This document shows positions 62,993 through 64,000 of a stretch of 64,000 nucleotides of DNA, piece by piece. Origin of the DNA: Mobula hypostoma (lineage: Eukaryota); the NCBI RefSeq assembly GCF_963921235.1, contig NC_086108.1, positions 109,804,001-109,868,000 of the forward strand, read 5' to 3'. The position numbers were made by a program, and so were the translations under genes. The notes beneath the pieces are model-generated. The model did not search any database. It was not told where the DNA came from and saw only the letters and a program-made list of their open reading frames with translations. Positions within the stretch are counted from its first letter, which is position 1, and every line of letters begins with the position of its first letter.

Positions 62993-63177
62993 AAGAAGCA
63001 CTTGGATAGGTACGTGGAGGGGTGAGCCTTGGAAGGATTGGGAAAATCTCAGGAAATTGAGACCAGCTAGGCAGGCACAGTGGTTAGCATGGCCTGTATT
63101 ATTCTTATGCCTGCAGCTGAGCCATATCCCTCCATTCCCCGTATATTCATGTGTCTATCTGACATCCTTTTTAGGAC

Positions 63178-63450
63178 GGAATGGTAGCATAGTGGTACAG
63201 GTGACTCAGGTTCAATTCCCACCACTGCCTGTAAGGAGTTTGTATGTTCTCCCCCATGACCACATGGGTTTCCCCCGGGAGCTCCGATTTCCTTTCACTT
63301 TCCAAAGGCATACTGGTTAGTAGGTTGTTTGGTCAGTGTAAATTGTCCTGTGCTTAGACTGGGATTAAATCAGGATATTGCTGGGCAGTGCAGCTCGAAG
63401 GACAGGAGGGGCCTGTCCCTCACTGTATCTCCACAAATAAATAAATAAAC
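63178..63450 (+). mobile_element. tRNA-derived V-SINE-like element (other copies ~2420-2650, 15270-15620, 16195-16470, 19610-19850, 30230-30460, 51015-51310, 57760-57975)
   Basis: A-box-like tagcatagtgg, B-box ggttcaattcc, central gtttgtatgttctcccc...gggtttcc...ctccg..ttcc domain, (aaat)n tail. Confidence 0.75.
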
Positions 63451-64000
63451 ACCACCACCAATATACCTGCCCCCACCACCACCACTGACAGCACATTCCC
63501 GATACCCACCACCCTGCATTATTAAAACGTCCCGCATATCTCCTTTAAACCTTCCCCTTCTTACCTTAGCCTTAGACATTGCTACTCTGGGGGGGGGGGG
63601 CAGGGAGGAATTCTGACTGTCTACACTATCTATGTCCCTCATAATTAGATAAAGTTCCATCAGGTCTCCTCACAGCCTCTGATGCTCCAGAGAAAGCAAG
63701 AGGGGTATAAAATCTCACCGACCTGGGCCCAGGGTTTGACAGACAAATGTAGCCCCCCTGGCCACCCTCAGGGTTGCTCGGCTCACTGTCGTCTAGGGAA
63801 ACAGCCCTCGGCCCTGGCGAACTGGGTAATTAGTTTGTGTGGATGCTGTGTGATGTACCCCACCCCACCCAAATAACAGACAATACACCAGATACCATTA
63901 AATGATTTACAGTTTATAGATATTACTGGAACTATATAATTAATAGAGAATAAAATATAAAAGGAAAATAAAAAGGCGCCATACTTATCAAAGTTCAATC

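Noticed and set aside
63178..63230. tRNA genes at A/B-box sequences
   Set aside because: SINE heads followed by SINE body and tail; no full cloverleaf.
63748..64000. Possible LTR running off the window end
   Set aside because: Only one terminus is visible; TSD and the other end cannot be confirmed.

Overview
Eukaryotic, repeat-saturated vertebrate DNA. The mix of CR1, Rex1/Babar, V-SINE-like and Penelope elements points to a cartilaginous fish, probably a ray; this is an inference. The whole window appears to lie inside one gene on the minus strand: the 3' half of the tubulin polyglutamylase TTLL7. I can place five phase-compatible GT-AG exons (58451-58168, 49162-49028, 38784-38704, 34311-34151, 7159-6983) and one candidate 126-nt exon (59133-59008). 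The catalytic-domain exons and the terminal exon were not found and probably lie outside the window. The introns are nested transposon debris: CR1 LINEs, Rex1/Babar LINEs, tRNA-derived SINEs, a decayed Gypsy element, a solo LTR, Tc1/pogo/hAT-type MITEs and several minisatellites. The most interesting signal is a Penelope-like (Neptune-type, RT + GIY-YIG) retroelement whose terminal repeats each carry a minimal type I hammerhead ribozyme motif. Alongside it is a family of short non-coding, two-armed inverted derivatives with a hammerhead motif on each strand and, in three cases, 13-16 bp target-site duplications. The best-preserved hammerheads lie on the TTLL7 sense strand. All calls come from reading the sequence by eye; no searches were run.
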